Assembly: GCA_963803805.1 (NCBI GenBank)
Contig: CAWDOD010000003.1
Span: 544,001-608,000, forward strand
Direction: 5' to 3'
Source of the DNA: an uncultured cyanobacterium
GTDB taxonomy: Bacteria > Cyanobacteriota > Cyanobacteriia > Cyanobacteriales > CAWCAG01
DNA length: 64,000 nt
Shown here: one piece after another, positions 20,238-29,697 of the stretch
Numbering within the stretch: position 1 is the stretch's first letter
Layout: the number at the start of each line of letters is the position of its first letter
Notes under the pieces: generated by a model
The model's database searches: none
What the model saw: the letters and a program-made list of their open reading frames with translations, nothing else
What the model was told of the DNA's origin: nothing
Translations under genes and position numbers: made by a program

Positions 20238-21749
20238 TTATTCTGTCCACTTTTTACCTTTGTCAGCAGCTTTAGGAGGTCTAACTTTTGGGGTTTTATA
20301 ACTTACGGGGGAAGGTAAAATCTCTAATTGTTTAGGTTTATTTTTATTGACTTTTTTGGGTTTGGTTACTACGGCTTGAGTATTTTTCCCTCTTCTTCTT
20401 TGGGAAATTCCTTCTTCGCTCGTGTCTTCTGTAACTACCTCATAAAGCAAAGCCAATTTTTCTCCTGTGCTTCCTCGGCGCAATACTCTACCTTTGCGTT
20501 GAATAAATTCTCGCTCTGAACTAGTCCCGGATAAAATAATAGCGATCCCCGCATCAGGTACGTCTACCCCTTCATTAAGGACATGGGAAGCAATTAAAGT
20601 TTTATACTCCCCTTCTCGAAAACGAGTGAGGATATCATGGCGTTCTTTTACTGGAGTTTGGTGAGTTATAGCGGGGAGCAGAAATTCCTGAGAGACTTTA
20701 TAAACCGTAGCATTATCATTGGTGAAAATAAGTATTCGCTCTGGGTAATGACGATTGATTAAATCTGTTAACACTCGCAGCTTAGCATCAGTTCCTAAAG
20801 CAATTTCTTTGGCTTCTCGGTGAGCTAACATAGCTCTTCTACCTTGAGGAGAACGGGCGCTAGCTTGGACAAATAGTTGCCAACCTTTAAGACTCCCTAA
20901 AGAAATTTTAGCTTCTTTTAAGAAATCGTTGCGAGTCTTGATTGCTTTTTCGTAAAGTTCCCTTTCTTGTTGAGATAATTTGACTTTAATTTGTACAGTT
21001 TTGTGTTCGGCTAAAGCTTGGCCAGATAATTCTTCTGGGGTTTTACTATAAACTACCGGCCCAATTAAATTATTTAAGTCTCGGTGTTTGCCATCAGAAC
21101 GATCTGGAGTTGCCGTTAATCCTAAACGATAAGGTGCGATCGCATATTCGGCGATGACGCGGTAAAAATCTGAGGGCAAATGGTGGCACTCATCAAATAT
21201 CAACAAAGCATACTGGTTCCCTAAAGCTTCAGCATGGATAGCAGCACTATCATAGGTGGAAATTAATATGGGTGTACGATCCCTTGATCCCCCCCCCAAT
21301 AAACCTATTTCAACATCAGGAAAAGCTGCTAATAACTGAGCATACCATTGGTGCATTAAATCCAAAGTGGGTACAAGAATCAAGGTACTGCGACAGGTAG
21401 ACTGCATTGCGAGTTGAGCTAAATAGGTTTTTCCCGCCGCCGTCGGTAAAACAACTACCCCTCTTCTGCCTCTTTGTTGCCACTCTGCTAGGGCCTCACT
21501 TTGGTGGGGATAAGGTTCCATCTCAAAGCTAGAAGCTAACTCTAAGGGAGTAAATTCCTTCGCTTCATCAACAAAGTTATCACCATTAGCTTGCAAAGAC
21601 TCTACTAAGGAGCGGTAATGAAGGGCTTGAATGCGAAACTTTTCTACACGATCATCCCAAGTAGCATAGTCTACCCAAGCTTTACCCCTTGGCGGTGGAT
21701 GCAGGATTAATGTGCCTCGGTTAAAGGTTAAGGTTGGGGTACGAACCAT
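20238..21749 (-). CDS. SF2 DEAD/DEAH helicase, XPB/Rad25-like
   Basis: LPTAAGKT, FDECHH, GLTATP, VLNEGVDVPD, QRKGRVLR. Confidence 0.9.
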   Translation of the reverse strand: MVRTPTLTFNRGTLILHPPPRGKAWVDYATWDDRVEKFRIQALHYRSLVESLQANGDNFVDEAKEFTPLELASSFEMEPYPHQSEALAEWQQRGRRGVVVLPTAAGKTYLAQLAMQSTCRSTLILVPTLDLMHQWYAQLLAAFPDVEIGLLGGGSRDRTPILISTYDSAAIHAEALGNQYALLIFDECHHLPSDFYRVIAEYAIAPYRLGLTATPDRSDGKHRDLNNLIGPVVYSKTPEELSGQALAEHKTVQIKVKLSQQERELYEKAIKTRNDFLKEAKISLGSLKGWQLFVQASARSPQGRRAMLAHREAKEIALGTDAKLRVLTDLINRHYPERILIFTNDNATVYKVSQEFLLPAITHQTPVKERHDILTRFREGEYKTLIASHVLNEGVDVPDAGIAIILSGTSSEREFIQRKGRVLRRGSTGEKLALLYEVVTEDTSEEGISQRRRGKNTQAVVTKPKKVNKNKPKQLEILPSPVSYKTPKVRPPKAADKGKKWTE

Positions 21750-21879
21750 TTCTTCACTTTCGCTGCCTTGGATATTTTACCAATGGCTAATTATTATTGC
21801 CCTTATCTTAACCATAAGTTGCTACAATCCAGTTATTTTAAATTATCAACAAAAAATAATTGAAGGATATTTAAGGAAT

Positions 21880-22329
21880 ATGACTGTTAGAAATGGTAGG
21901 GCAAAAGTCGGGGGATTTTGGCAGGATTTTCGTGACTTTGCCCTCAAAGGAAATGTGGTTGATTTAGCCGTCGCGGTTATTATTGGAGCAGCCTTTGGTA
22001 AGATCGTTACTTCCTTGATTGAAGATATTATTACCCCAGCAATTCTCAATCCCGCTATGGAAGCAGCAGGGGTAGATCAACTATCGGAGTTATCTTTTAA
22101 TGGTATTAAATACGGCTCTTTTTTAGCGGCTGTACTCAACTTTCTTGTGATCGCCTTGGTCATCTTCTTGATGATTCGTGCTATTGAAGGGGCGCGCAGG
22201 AAATTACAACGAAAAGAAGCTTTGGCTGAGGAAGTTTCACCGGAAGAAGCTGTAGCAGTAGAAGAAAGGTTAATTGAGTCTCTTGAACGTCTCAACAATA
22301 CTATAGAGTCTCGGAATCAAACGGTTTAA
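21880..22329 (+). CDS. mscL: Large-conductance mechanosensitive channel
   Basis: FALKGNVVDLAVAVIIGAAFGKIVTSL, YGSFLAAVLNF; AAGGA SD before ATG 21880. Confidence 0.95.
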   Translation: MTVRNGRAKVGGFWQDFRDFALKGNVVDLAVAVIIGAAFGKIVTSLIEDIITPAILNPAMEAAGVDQLSELSFNGIKYGSFLAAVLNFLVIALVIFLMIRAIEGARRKLQRKEALAEEVSPEEAVAVEERLIESLERLNNTIESRNQTV

Positions 22330-22332
22330 ACT

Positions 22333-22364
22333 AAGTAGAGGCACTGCATATAGTGTCTCTACTT
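22333..22364. terminator. Hairpin between convergent genes (GTAG...CTAC)
   Basis: AAGTAGAGGCACT / AGTGTCTCTACTT followed by T's. Confidence 0.6.
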
Positions 22365-22386
22365 TTAAAAAATATATCTAACCTTT

Positions 22387-22731
22387 TTATCCTACTACTT
22401 CCACTAACCGCCAGCTATTGCACTCCGAAATGGCTTTTCTGACATTTTCAAATACTTGCTGGCAGTGGTTTTGTGTTTGCAAGGGTAGTTCTTCGTTTTT
22501 AATTACCAAATTGACTCTGACAGCATCTTGAGTAGCCGTAGTCTTATCAATCAAAGCCTCTACAGTCACAAGTTGAGAAAATGCTACATTACCAGGGCGC
22601 TCACGGGCCATGAGGTAATCTATGGTTTGGTAAATAATGTTAAAATTACAAGATTCTAGAACTTCCACTAAATATTGAGGGAGGCTAGGGAGAGGGACAG
22701 AAAGAGTATAAGAACAAGTATAACGAGCCAT
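22387..22731 (-). CDS. Conserved cyanobacterial hypothetical protein
   Basis: MARYTCSY...DYLMARERPGNVAFSQLVTVEALID...KNEELPL; ATG 22731. Confidence 0.8.
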   Translation of the reverse strand: MARYTCSYTLSVPLPSLPQYLVEVLESCNFNIIYQTIDYLMARERPGNVAFSQLVTVEALIDKTTATQDAVRVNLVIKNEELPLQTQNHCQQVFENVRKAISECNSWRLVEVVG

Positions 22732-23148
22732 AATGAGAGTAACCTTATAGTGCAACAGAGCTAGACCTTGATTACAAACTTACTCCTCACAATTCAAGGT
22801 TGCGAATAAGTTTTTACTTGAGGAAGATTGTAATTTTTGATTGCTATATCCTTTACTAGCTACCGTACCTCGTGTCGGGATGAAAATCACTGGTACGAAA
22901 AAATCAAGAGTTTAAGAGAGGAAACTACTTTGCTTGCTACGATTATAGTCTTTTCTGGTCTGTAACAAGACTCTGAAAAAGAACGAAACAAAATTTAATT
23001 CTTAAATAAAAATGTAGATCCTACCTTGTAAGGCAAATATAACAACAACAATTAAAGTCTAGGTTAACAAACTTTGCCATACACAGCGATTTATGCTCTG
23101 ATTCTAACATTTAATTTTAGAGAAATAATAAAGAAGATATTTATTTCC

Positions 23149-24375
23149 TCATTCTTGTTTATTTTCAATAATTTCTAACACTGCTTTAGGGGACAATTTT
23201 TCTTTGAACCAAATAATCTGGGCTGGTACATCGGTGAATTTAACTCCTGCTTTATCTAAATTTAGACGTTCAGAAATAGCTAAGATAAGATTATCTACTT
23301 GACCACGACGTACTTGATAGAACTTTTTCCTTAAATATTCTGGCCGCCAAAAACCAATAATTTCTAATACATATATACGTCCGTCGGGATGTACTAAGCG
23401 AAAGTCAGGAATCATGACGCTACCAGGAAGAGGGATCAAATTCACTTCCCTTTCTAAAACCCATGCAGTTTTCTGTTTTTCCCAACGATTTGCAAAAGCT
23501 TTTTCTAGCATACTGTCAAAAGGTTTTCCCGGTGGATAATGGGTTACCAAACCACACTTATCATTAATACGGAAATAACCAATTTTTTTCGCTCCGGTGT
23601 AAGCATCTTTTTGTTGTAAGGTAGCTTTGAGATTCCACTTGCTAACGTGCAAGAGAGCTGGTAACATTTTCGCCATAGCTAAACCATAACGAGTACTAGG
23701 CTTAAACAAGCTAGTAGGGCCATCAATGGCAATGGTGAAGCCGTGGTCTGCATCTCCTTCTATGTAACTCATTAACTGGAAGAGCTTTAGGTAGCGGAAA
23801 AGTAACTTATACTGCCCAGGAACATTGCGATGAGCGTTAATAACAATTTCACTGGCGCGGTAAAAAATGCCCTGAACTTGAGAGAGATTGTAGCGATGCA
23901 GTAAGGCTTCAGGGGTTGGGGCTTCAAATTGAGTTAGTAGGCGATTTTCTTGCAAATCTGCGTACAGTCCGATTTGAATCTCCGGAGGCAAAATTTCTCG
24001 TTTTAGTTCCTGGGAGAGGCTGTGAGCTAAAGTTTCTAAGGTTGTTGGTCTTTGTTGTGGTGTAGGCACTGATTGAGCCGCTAAGGCGAAAACTCTTTTT
24101 CTTAGATCCGGTGGTTCTAAAGGGCTAACGATTTCAAAAGTAGAAAAACCACTTTTGAGTAGATGAGCTAATCCTCTTTTAAGCCGGTAATCAGTGCTAT
24201 CTCCTTCAAATTCTAATAGTTTTTTGTCAAGTTCTCCTTGGGTTTTTCCCTTAGCTTCCTGAAAAAAGGTAATTAGTTCTTCAGCAAGGCTAAGATTTTT
24301 GTCTTCAATAGGTATATGTTTAGGAACAATTGTCTCGCCGTTTAAGCGATTAATGAGCAAGTCTGTAGGTAGCAT
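23149..24375 (-). CDS. DUF790 / Bax1-like PD-(D/E)xK nuclease
   Basis: LYADL, RYNLSQVQG, IDGPTSLF, FDSMLE, IPDFRLVHPDG...LEIIGFWRPEYL. Confidence 0.88.
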   Translation of the reverse strand: MLPTDLLINRLNGETIVPKHIPIEDKNLSLAEELITFFQEAKGKTQGELDKKLLEFEGDSTDYRLKRGLAHLLKSGFSTFEIVSPLEPPDLRKRVFALAAQSVPTPQQRPTTLETLAHSLSQELKREILPPEIQIGLYADLQENRLLTQFEAPTPEALLHRYNLSQVQGIFYRASEIVINAHRNVPGQYKLLFRYLKLFQLMSYIEGDADHGFTIAIDGPTSLFKPSTRYGLAMAKMLPALLHVSKWNLKATLQQKDAYTGAKKIGYFRINDKCGLVTHYPPGKPFDSMLEKAFANRWEKQKTAWVLEREVNLIPLPGSVMIPDFRLVHPDGRIYVLEIIGFWRPEYLRKKFYQVRRGQVDNLILAISERLNLDKAGVKFTDVPAQIIWFKEKLSPKAVLEIIENKQE

Positions 24376-24436
24376 TTTTGAGGCGAAGGAGGAAAACTAT
24401 TGCCTATTTACTAATAGTCGTTAGCAAAAGACTAGA

Positions 24437-24688
24437 CTATTCATCTTTACCCTCTTCTTGAAGAAGCTTATCTTTTGATTCTCCCCAATAGGCACTATAA
24501 GTCCAAACTTCTTGGTTTCCTTTTTGTTCTCCCTTCCAGCGATAAATGGCTGACTTAGGATTGATTCCAACCTCAATTAATTTAGCACCCATATAATATT
24601 CAGTTTGACGCTGTTTCTTGTTTCTAATTGCTGAAGAAGCGTCACGACTCCATGTTTGAGACATATGTGCCTGGGTAGGCTTGGCCAT
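24437..24688 (-). CDS. Hypothetical protein (83 aa)
   Basis: ATG with GAGG SD; MAKPTQAH...EYYMGAKLIEVGINPKSAIYRW. Confidence 0.75.
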   Translation of the reverse strand: MAKPTQAHMSQTWSRDASSAIRNKKQRQTEYYMGAKLIEVGINPKSAIYRWKGEQKGNQEVWTYSAYWGESKDKLLQEEGKDE

Positions 24689-24769
24689 TATTTTATTTAC
24701 CTCTTTTGTTAAACGAGAAGACTATTATTAGATTATTTCATAAATTTTATTTTAGATGTAAAAAATCAG

Positions 24770-25882
24770 CTAAATTGTCATTGGTGACTCCACATAAACA
24801 GTTGGTTCTTGTAAGACAAAATCTATCTTGTGAGTGGTTAACTTTTTGGTCATACTTTCGTTAGCTAATTCCAGTAGACGCTTACGTAGTTGAAGAGAAT
24901 TTTCACTAGATCCTAAGATAAAAAAGGTTACTCTTGCACGACTGCCTGGCTTATCTTCTGGTTCAAATAAGGTTATTTTCGTACTACCAGGGTCAATGCC
25001 AAAAAGAGAATCTGTACTTTCTTTAACCACTTGTTCTACTAAGGCACATTCGCTCTTTTCTAAAAGTTTAGCAAAGTCAAGATATAACAATACCATAACC
25101 TTTTTCCCCCTAGTTACGTTCTCAATTTCAAAATTAGCCATATTAGAATTAGGGACAATCATCAGAGTGCTTTTAGCGGCGGTACGAATTTTTGTAGAGC
25201 GTAAACCAATAGATTCAACTCTACCGAATGTACCATTGGGAAGGCGAATGTATTCTCCTGTAATAAAAGGACGATCTAAGTATAAAACAATGGTTCCTAA
25301 AAGCTGTTGTAAAGTGTTTTGAGCAGCAAAGGCGATCGCTAATCCCCCAATACCTAAACCAGCTAATAAACCGACTAAATCGATGTTCTGGCTACGGGCA
25401 AAAGATATAGCTGCGATGAAGCCGATGGTTATGTTAGCTAAGGTTTCAAAAATTAGTAATAATTCATCAACTTCTCGACCTAACTTCCTAACTAAGTTGA
25501 TACCGTAAATACGGACAACTTGTTTTAATAAACGAGAAATAACCCAAGCGAGGCTAATAGTTACTGCCAAATCCAGGAAGAACTTAAGAAAATTATATAA
25601 CCCTTCATAGGTTTTGAGCCAAGAGAAGGATAAGTAAACTAAAATTAGAGTCCCAGCAATTTTGACTGAAGGTGCAATAGGAGTGATTATGCTTGTATAA
25701 ATGTCTTTTCCCTGTTGAGGAAACCAGCGGTAAACAATGATCCTCACCAGAGTAGGAGTGAATCTTCCTACTAAAATTGCCAACAATAGGAAGCTTAAGA
25801 AAACAGCATAATTAGGAACATTATAGTCAGAGAGTATCGTTTTAAACTGACTAATATTATCCTGAAATTGGGATAAATCCAT
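24770..25882 (-). CDS. MscS-family mechanosensitive channel
   Basis: GIGGLAIAFAAQ, DRPFITGEYI, GRVESIGLRSTKIRT, IVPNS. Confidence 0.92.
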   Translation of the reverse strand: MDLSQFQDNISQFKTILSDYNVPNYAVFLSFLLLAILVGRFTPTLVRIIVYRWFPQQGKDIYTSIITPIAPSVKIAGTLILVYLSFSWLKTYEGLYNFLKFFLDLAVTISLAWVISRLLKQVVRIYGINLVRKLGREVDELLLIFETLANITIGFIAAISFARSQNIDLVGLLAGLGIGGLAIAFAAQNTLQQLLGTIVLYLDRPFITGEYIRLPNGTFGRVESIGLRSTKIRTAAKSTLMIVPNSNMANFEIENVTRGKKVMVLLYLDFAKLLEKSECALVEQVVKESTDSLFGIDPGSTKITLFEPEDKPGSRARVTFFILGSSENSLQLRKRLLELANESMTKKLTTHKIDFVLQEPTVYVESPMTI

Positions 25883-25885
25883 AGA

Positions 25886-26989
25886 TTAGATTGTAATGGG
25901 GGAATCTACATTAATAGTTTTCTCTTCTAATTCAAAGGCAATACCATATTCTTTTAACTGCTTGGTGATATTTTGATTGGCAATGTCTAAAAGCTGGCGA
26001 CGTAAATCCATAGAAACTTCCCCTGAACCAAGAATAAAAAAGTTGATTTGAGCTTGGGTGATCTTTTTTTCTTCTTCGTTAACTAATTCTTTGAAAACGA
26101 CTTCTGTACTACGAGAATCAATGCCAAAAATATCCGTAGTGCTTTCAAGAATAACTTGTCGAATAAAGGCTCTTTCTTCTTGAGGTAGAGAGCGATAAAA
26201 AGTTAAGTAGATAAGAGAAATAACTTTTTTTGCCCCTGTGAAGTTCTCAATATTCATCTGTGTCAGAGCATTATTAGGAACAATCATTAAAGTGCCTTTA
26301 CCCGAAGTTCTAATTTTAGTAGAACGTAAACCAATAGATTCTACTCTACCGAATGTACCATCAGGTAAGCCAATATAATCATCAGCAACAAAAGGACTAT
26401 CTACATATAGAACAATACCACCTAGTAATTGTTCTAAAGTTTTTTGGGCTGCAAAAGCGACAGCTAATCCCCCTACTCCTAAACTGGCGAGTAAACCCAA
26501 GATATTAATTTTATGGGTTTGGGCAAACAGAAAGACAACAAGTAAAATAATTACTGTGTTAGCTACTAGTTTAGCTAAGATGAGTATTTCGCTATTAACT
26601 TTCCGCTTGCTTTGTATAGCCGCATCTAATAAGTAAAGCTCAAAGAAACGCCTGAAAAGTTTAGAACCAAGCCAAATAAAGATAGTACTTAAACTCAGAC
26701 TAATTGGTATTTCAATTGACTCAAACCAATCCGGTGTCGAAGTAATTAAAATAGCTAAATCTGTAAAGGTGAGAAGGGCTACTACAACTAACCAGCCTTG
26801 ATAGGGTTGAAATATTTTTTGGTATACTTCTTGGTATTGAGGAGAAAATAATCGTTTTATTCTCTGATACAATTTATTGCCCAAATAAATAATGACAAGA
26901 ATCGAAATGATTCCTGTCAAAGTTGATAAAGCAGCTAATAAAATTGGCTGGCTTTTAATAGTTGATAACACAGCATTAATCATCAACAA
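25886..26989 (-). CDS. MscS-family mechanosensitive channel (tandem paralog)
   Basis: GVGGLAVAFAAQ, GRVESIGLRSTKIRT; 3 nt from its paralog. Confidence 0.92.
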   Translation of the reverse strand: MLMINAVLSTIKSQPILLAALSTLTGIISILVIIYLGNKLYQRIKRLFSPQYQEVYQKIFQPYQGWLVVVALLTFTDLAILITSTPDWFESIEIPISLSLSTIFIWLGSKLFRRFFELYLLDAAIQSKRKVNSEILILAKLVANTVIILLVVFLFAQTHKINILGLLASLGVGGLAVAFAAQKTLEQLLGGIVLYVDSPFVADDYIGLPDGTFGRVESIGLRSTKIRTSGKGTLMIVPNNALTQMNIENFTGAKKVISLIYLTFYRSLPQEERAFIRQVILESTTDIFGIDSRSTEVVFKELVNEEEKKITQAQINFFILGSGEVSMDLRRQLLDIANQNITKQLKEYGIAFELEEKTINVDSPITI

Positions 26990-27051
26990 ATACCTCTATT
27001 TGCTATTAATCTTCCCTGATCAATGACCAATGTCTGTATGTTCCCAAAAAA

Positions 27052-27492
27052 CTAATTAGGTGCTTCTCCCCCAACACTAATACCTGTGTTGAAAATTTGA
27101 GCGCCAGTTAGATTCAGATCTTCCATAGATGCACCTGAGACGTTGGCATCATAGATAATAGCATTTCGTAAGTTGACTTCATCTAAATCAGCTTGTTTAA
27201 AAATAGCGTTAGTGAGGAAAGCTGCTGTAAGGTTAGCACCTTCTAAGTTAGCACCTGTGAGGTCAGCACCTTCTAAGTTAGCTTCAATCAGGTTAGCACC
27301 TTCTAGGTTAGCATCCCTTAAATCTACTCCAATAAGATGAGTTTGAGATAAATCAGCCCCAGAGAGATTACAGCCTACACAAGCCCTCGTATTCATTAAT
27401 TGTTCAATGTGTGAAGGGTTAGCCGCTTTAGCTGGGCTGGTGAAAAATAAAGGTGTGAGGGCAGCAAGGGCGGCTAAAAGGTTGATTCTCAT
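27052..27492 (-). CDS. Pentapeptide-repeat protein with signal peptide
   Basis: AKA signal cleavage site, CxxC, A(D/N)LxG repeats. Confidence 0.92.
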   Translation of the reverse strand: MRINLLAALAALTPLFFTSPAKAANPSHIEQLMNTRACVGCNLSGADLSQTHLIGVDLRDANLEGANLIEANLEGADLTGANLEGANLTAAFLTNAIFKQADLDEVNLRNAIIYDANVSGASMEDLNLTGAQIFNTGISVGGEAPN

Positions 27493-27680
27493 GTCTAGAT
27501 TGGTTTTTGTTAGTACAAAGTAATTTTATCGTTATTACTATAATAGAAAGTATCAAGGTTTTTGTCAAGGCAAAAACCATACTTTGTTAGTACAAATGGC
27601 AAAATTTTACAGGGCAGTTTCCTAAAACAGTGTTATGATACCGTTAAGACAATCAATGTACACTGTAAGTACAATTTTCC

Positions 27681-27857
27681 ATGACACGAACAAAACCAAA
27701 ATCAGATAAAGTCCTTACTATACGTCTTCCAGAAAAAGACTTGAAACATTTAGAGGCTTACTGTATTAATCAAGGCAAAACAAAAACAGAAGTTTTGAGA
27801 GGACTAATTCATAGTCTTCCGGCATCTGTATCCACTCAAGAGATGGTTTCTGTGTAG
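27681..27857 (+). CDS. Ribbon-helix-helix (CopG-like) protein, 58 aa
   Basis: Not in ORF track: MTRTKPKSDKVLTIRLPEKDLKHLEAYCINQGKTKTEVLRGLIHSLPASVSTQEMVSV; typical strand-helix-G-helix pattern. Confidence 0.8.
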   Translation: MTRTKPKSDKVLTIRLPEKDLKHLEAYCINQGKTKTEVLRGLIHSLPASVSTQEMVSV

Positions 27858-27860
27858 TAA

Positions 27861-27936
27861 GTAGAGGCGGGTTACAAAAAGTTTGCCAACTAATCAACTA
27901 AATTAAATAATTATCAATTAATAAACTCGCTTCTAC
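27861..27936. repeat. REP doublet / hairpin with GTAG ends
   Basis: GTAGAGGCGGGTT...AACTCGCTTCTAC between convergent genes. Confidence 0.6.
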
Positions 27937-27962
27937 TTCGCTTTAAAGTTTTTGTACTTTGA

Positions 27963-28478
27963 TTAAGCAGTCTGTTTAACAGATTGCTTTAGTTTTTTCC
28001 TCAAAAGACGCAGGGTTTTTAACCAAGTTTTAGCTGGTTTATCATAAAAGCTGAAAATGTCACCATAAGCAACATTGGCATTTTGATGATGTAGCCAATG
28101 TCTTTCTGGAGTAGTAATAGAAAAGAAGTTACAAACTTTGAGAATAGGTTCGGGTGTTTTCCACTTCAGCAAGGAAACGTGCCGCCACACAACATGGAAT
28201 TCTCCTAAAAGAAGTCCTAGTATTGTTCCTGCTGCTGATATTTGCCATAACCAAGGAACAAAGAGGAAGTAGGGTAAAGCCCCTAAAGCACCATCTAAAA
28301 TTGCTAAAGGATTTCTTGTTAAGACGGCGTAGTGGATAAAGCTACGGTTTTTGCTATGGTGAACTGCGGTATGAAATTTGCCAAAAACGTGTTCTGGAAC
28401 ATGATATAAAAATGTTGAAATCAAGTCTCCTACAAGCAGGAGAATTATAGCTACAGAAACTGCTTTAATAATTTCCAA
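27963..28478 (-). CDS. Sterol desaturase / fatty acid hydroxylase family protein
   Basis: His boxes YHVPEH, HTAVHH, HVVWRH, HWLHH. Confidence 0.8.
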   Translation of the reverse strand: MEIIKAVSVAIILLLVGDLISTFLYHVPEHVFGKFHTAVHHSKNRSFIHYAVLTRNPLAILDGALGALPYFLFVPWLWQISAAGTILGLLLGEFHVVWRHVSLLKWKTPEPILKVCNFFSITTPERHWLHHQNANVAYGDIFSFYDKPAKTWLKTLRLLRKKLKQSVKQTA

Positions 28479-28582
28479 AATTAACTCCTCGTTACCTAAG
28501 ACAAACTTAGTTACTAGGAGTTAAATTTTCTTAAGGTTGAGGTTAATTTAGATTTATCTGGTTATTAAGGTTTTCAAAAGTA

Positions 28583-28637
28583 ACAATCCTGGGAATTTGA
28601 TGAAAACTTTTAATTTTCACCAAATTCTCAGGATTGT
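28583..28637 (-). terminator. Long hairpin downstream of ho1
   Basis: 24-bp arms ACAATCCTGGGAATTTGATGAAAA / TTTTCACCAAATTCTCAGGATTGT with 2 mismatches. Confidence 0.5.
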
Positions 28638-28673
28638 CAAAGTTTAGTTCAAATAGCAAGCAATCACAGCAAT

Positions 28674-29390
28674 TTAATCAGCAGTAGCTAATTCTGTACT
28701 CCCACGAATACGCCGCTTAGTTAAGCTATTGAACAGCATCTTACCAACAGCTTTAATTAAGTTGCCTTCCAATTCTTGGAACAGTTTCATATTCATTGCA
28801 AAAGCAGCATTAGCTTCATCAACAATATCTTCTGCTGTTTGTTGATCGATAGGCAAATTATTCATTGCTTCGCGATACTTACTTTTAAAAGCTTTCTCGT
28901 CGGGAATGTCTGCAAATTCATAAAAAGCAGTTCCCTCACCCTCAGAAAGATTCATTGCCTTTTGAGCAATCTTTTTCAGGATTTGCCCTCCGGATAAATC
29001 TCCTAAATAGCGGGTATAAAGGTGAGCCAGCAGTAATTCAGGACGCGAGTTAGCTACTTCTCTAATACGCGCTACATAAGCTTTACCCGCATCGCTGAGG
29101 GCAATTTCATTTTTCCAGTTGGAGCCGTAATAGTAATGTAAGTCCTTTTCTAAACTTTGTTGGCGATTTAACTCAGGAAAGTAAACTTTAGAAATTACAG
29201 GATGATCCCGCAATCTTTCCATCTCTTCTTCCATCGCTGAATAAACGTAGTAGAGATTGGTAACTAGCTTTCTATAAGATTTTTTCTCAACAACTCCTTT
29301 TAAAAAGCACTTGACAAAGCCTACATTTTCTGCCATCGTGTGGGACTTTTTTGTCCCCTCGCGCAACATAGTAGCTAAATTTACACTCAT
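28674..29390 (-). CDS. ho1: Heme oxygenase (biliverdin-producing)
   Basis: MSVNLATMLREGTKKSHTMAEN, YTRYLGDLSGGQIL. Confidence 0.95.
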   Translation of the reverse strand: MSVNLATMLREGTKKSHTMAENVGFVKCFLKGVVEKKSYRKLVTNLYYVYSAMEEEMERLRDHPVISKVYFPELNRQQSLEKDLHYYYGSNWKNEIALSDAGKAYVARIREVANSRPELLLAHLYTRYLGDLSGGQILKKIAQKAMNLSEGEGTAFYEFADIPDEKAFKSKYREAMNNLPIDQQTAEDIVDEANAAFAMNMKLFQELEGNLIKAVGKMLFNSLTKRRIRGSTELATAD

Positions 29391-29697
29391 GTTAAATTTC
29401 CTGTTCTATGATTATCAAAAACCAGGGACTAGTGGGAAGATCCCTAAAAAAAAGCACCTAGTTTGCTAGATTAAACTGATTTAATGAGGATTTTGATTAA
29501 GAATTTTGAAGTCAAGAATTTCTGAAAGAAGTCCTCGACAAAAATGGACTATTGTGCATATCTTTGCTGTAAGACAATCAGTAACTAGCCATTAGCCATT
29601 AAAATCTGTTGCAAAAACCGTAACCAAGCAAACTTCCGGGTATTGAAGCAGGCATACTGGATTGAAAAATAAATGCAGTAACTCTACAGGTAAGCTT

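Noticed and set aside
21712-21879. Long N-terminal extension of mscL (similarly rpsF, txlA, tspO and the GUN4 kinase)
   Set aside because: Downstream ATGs match the expected family N-termini; the upstream starts are ORF-caller artefacts.
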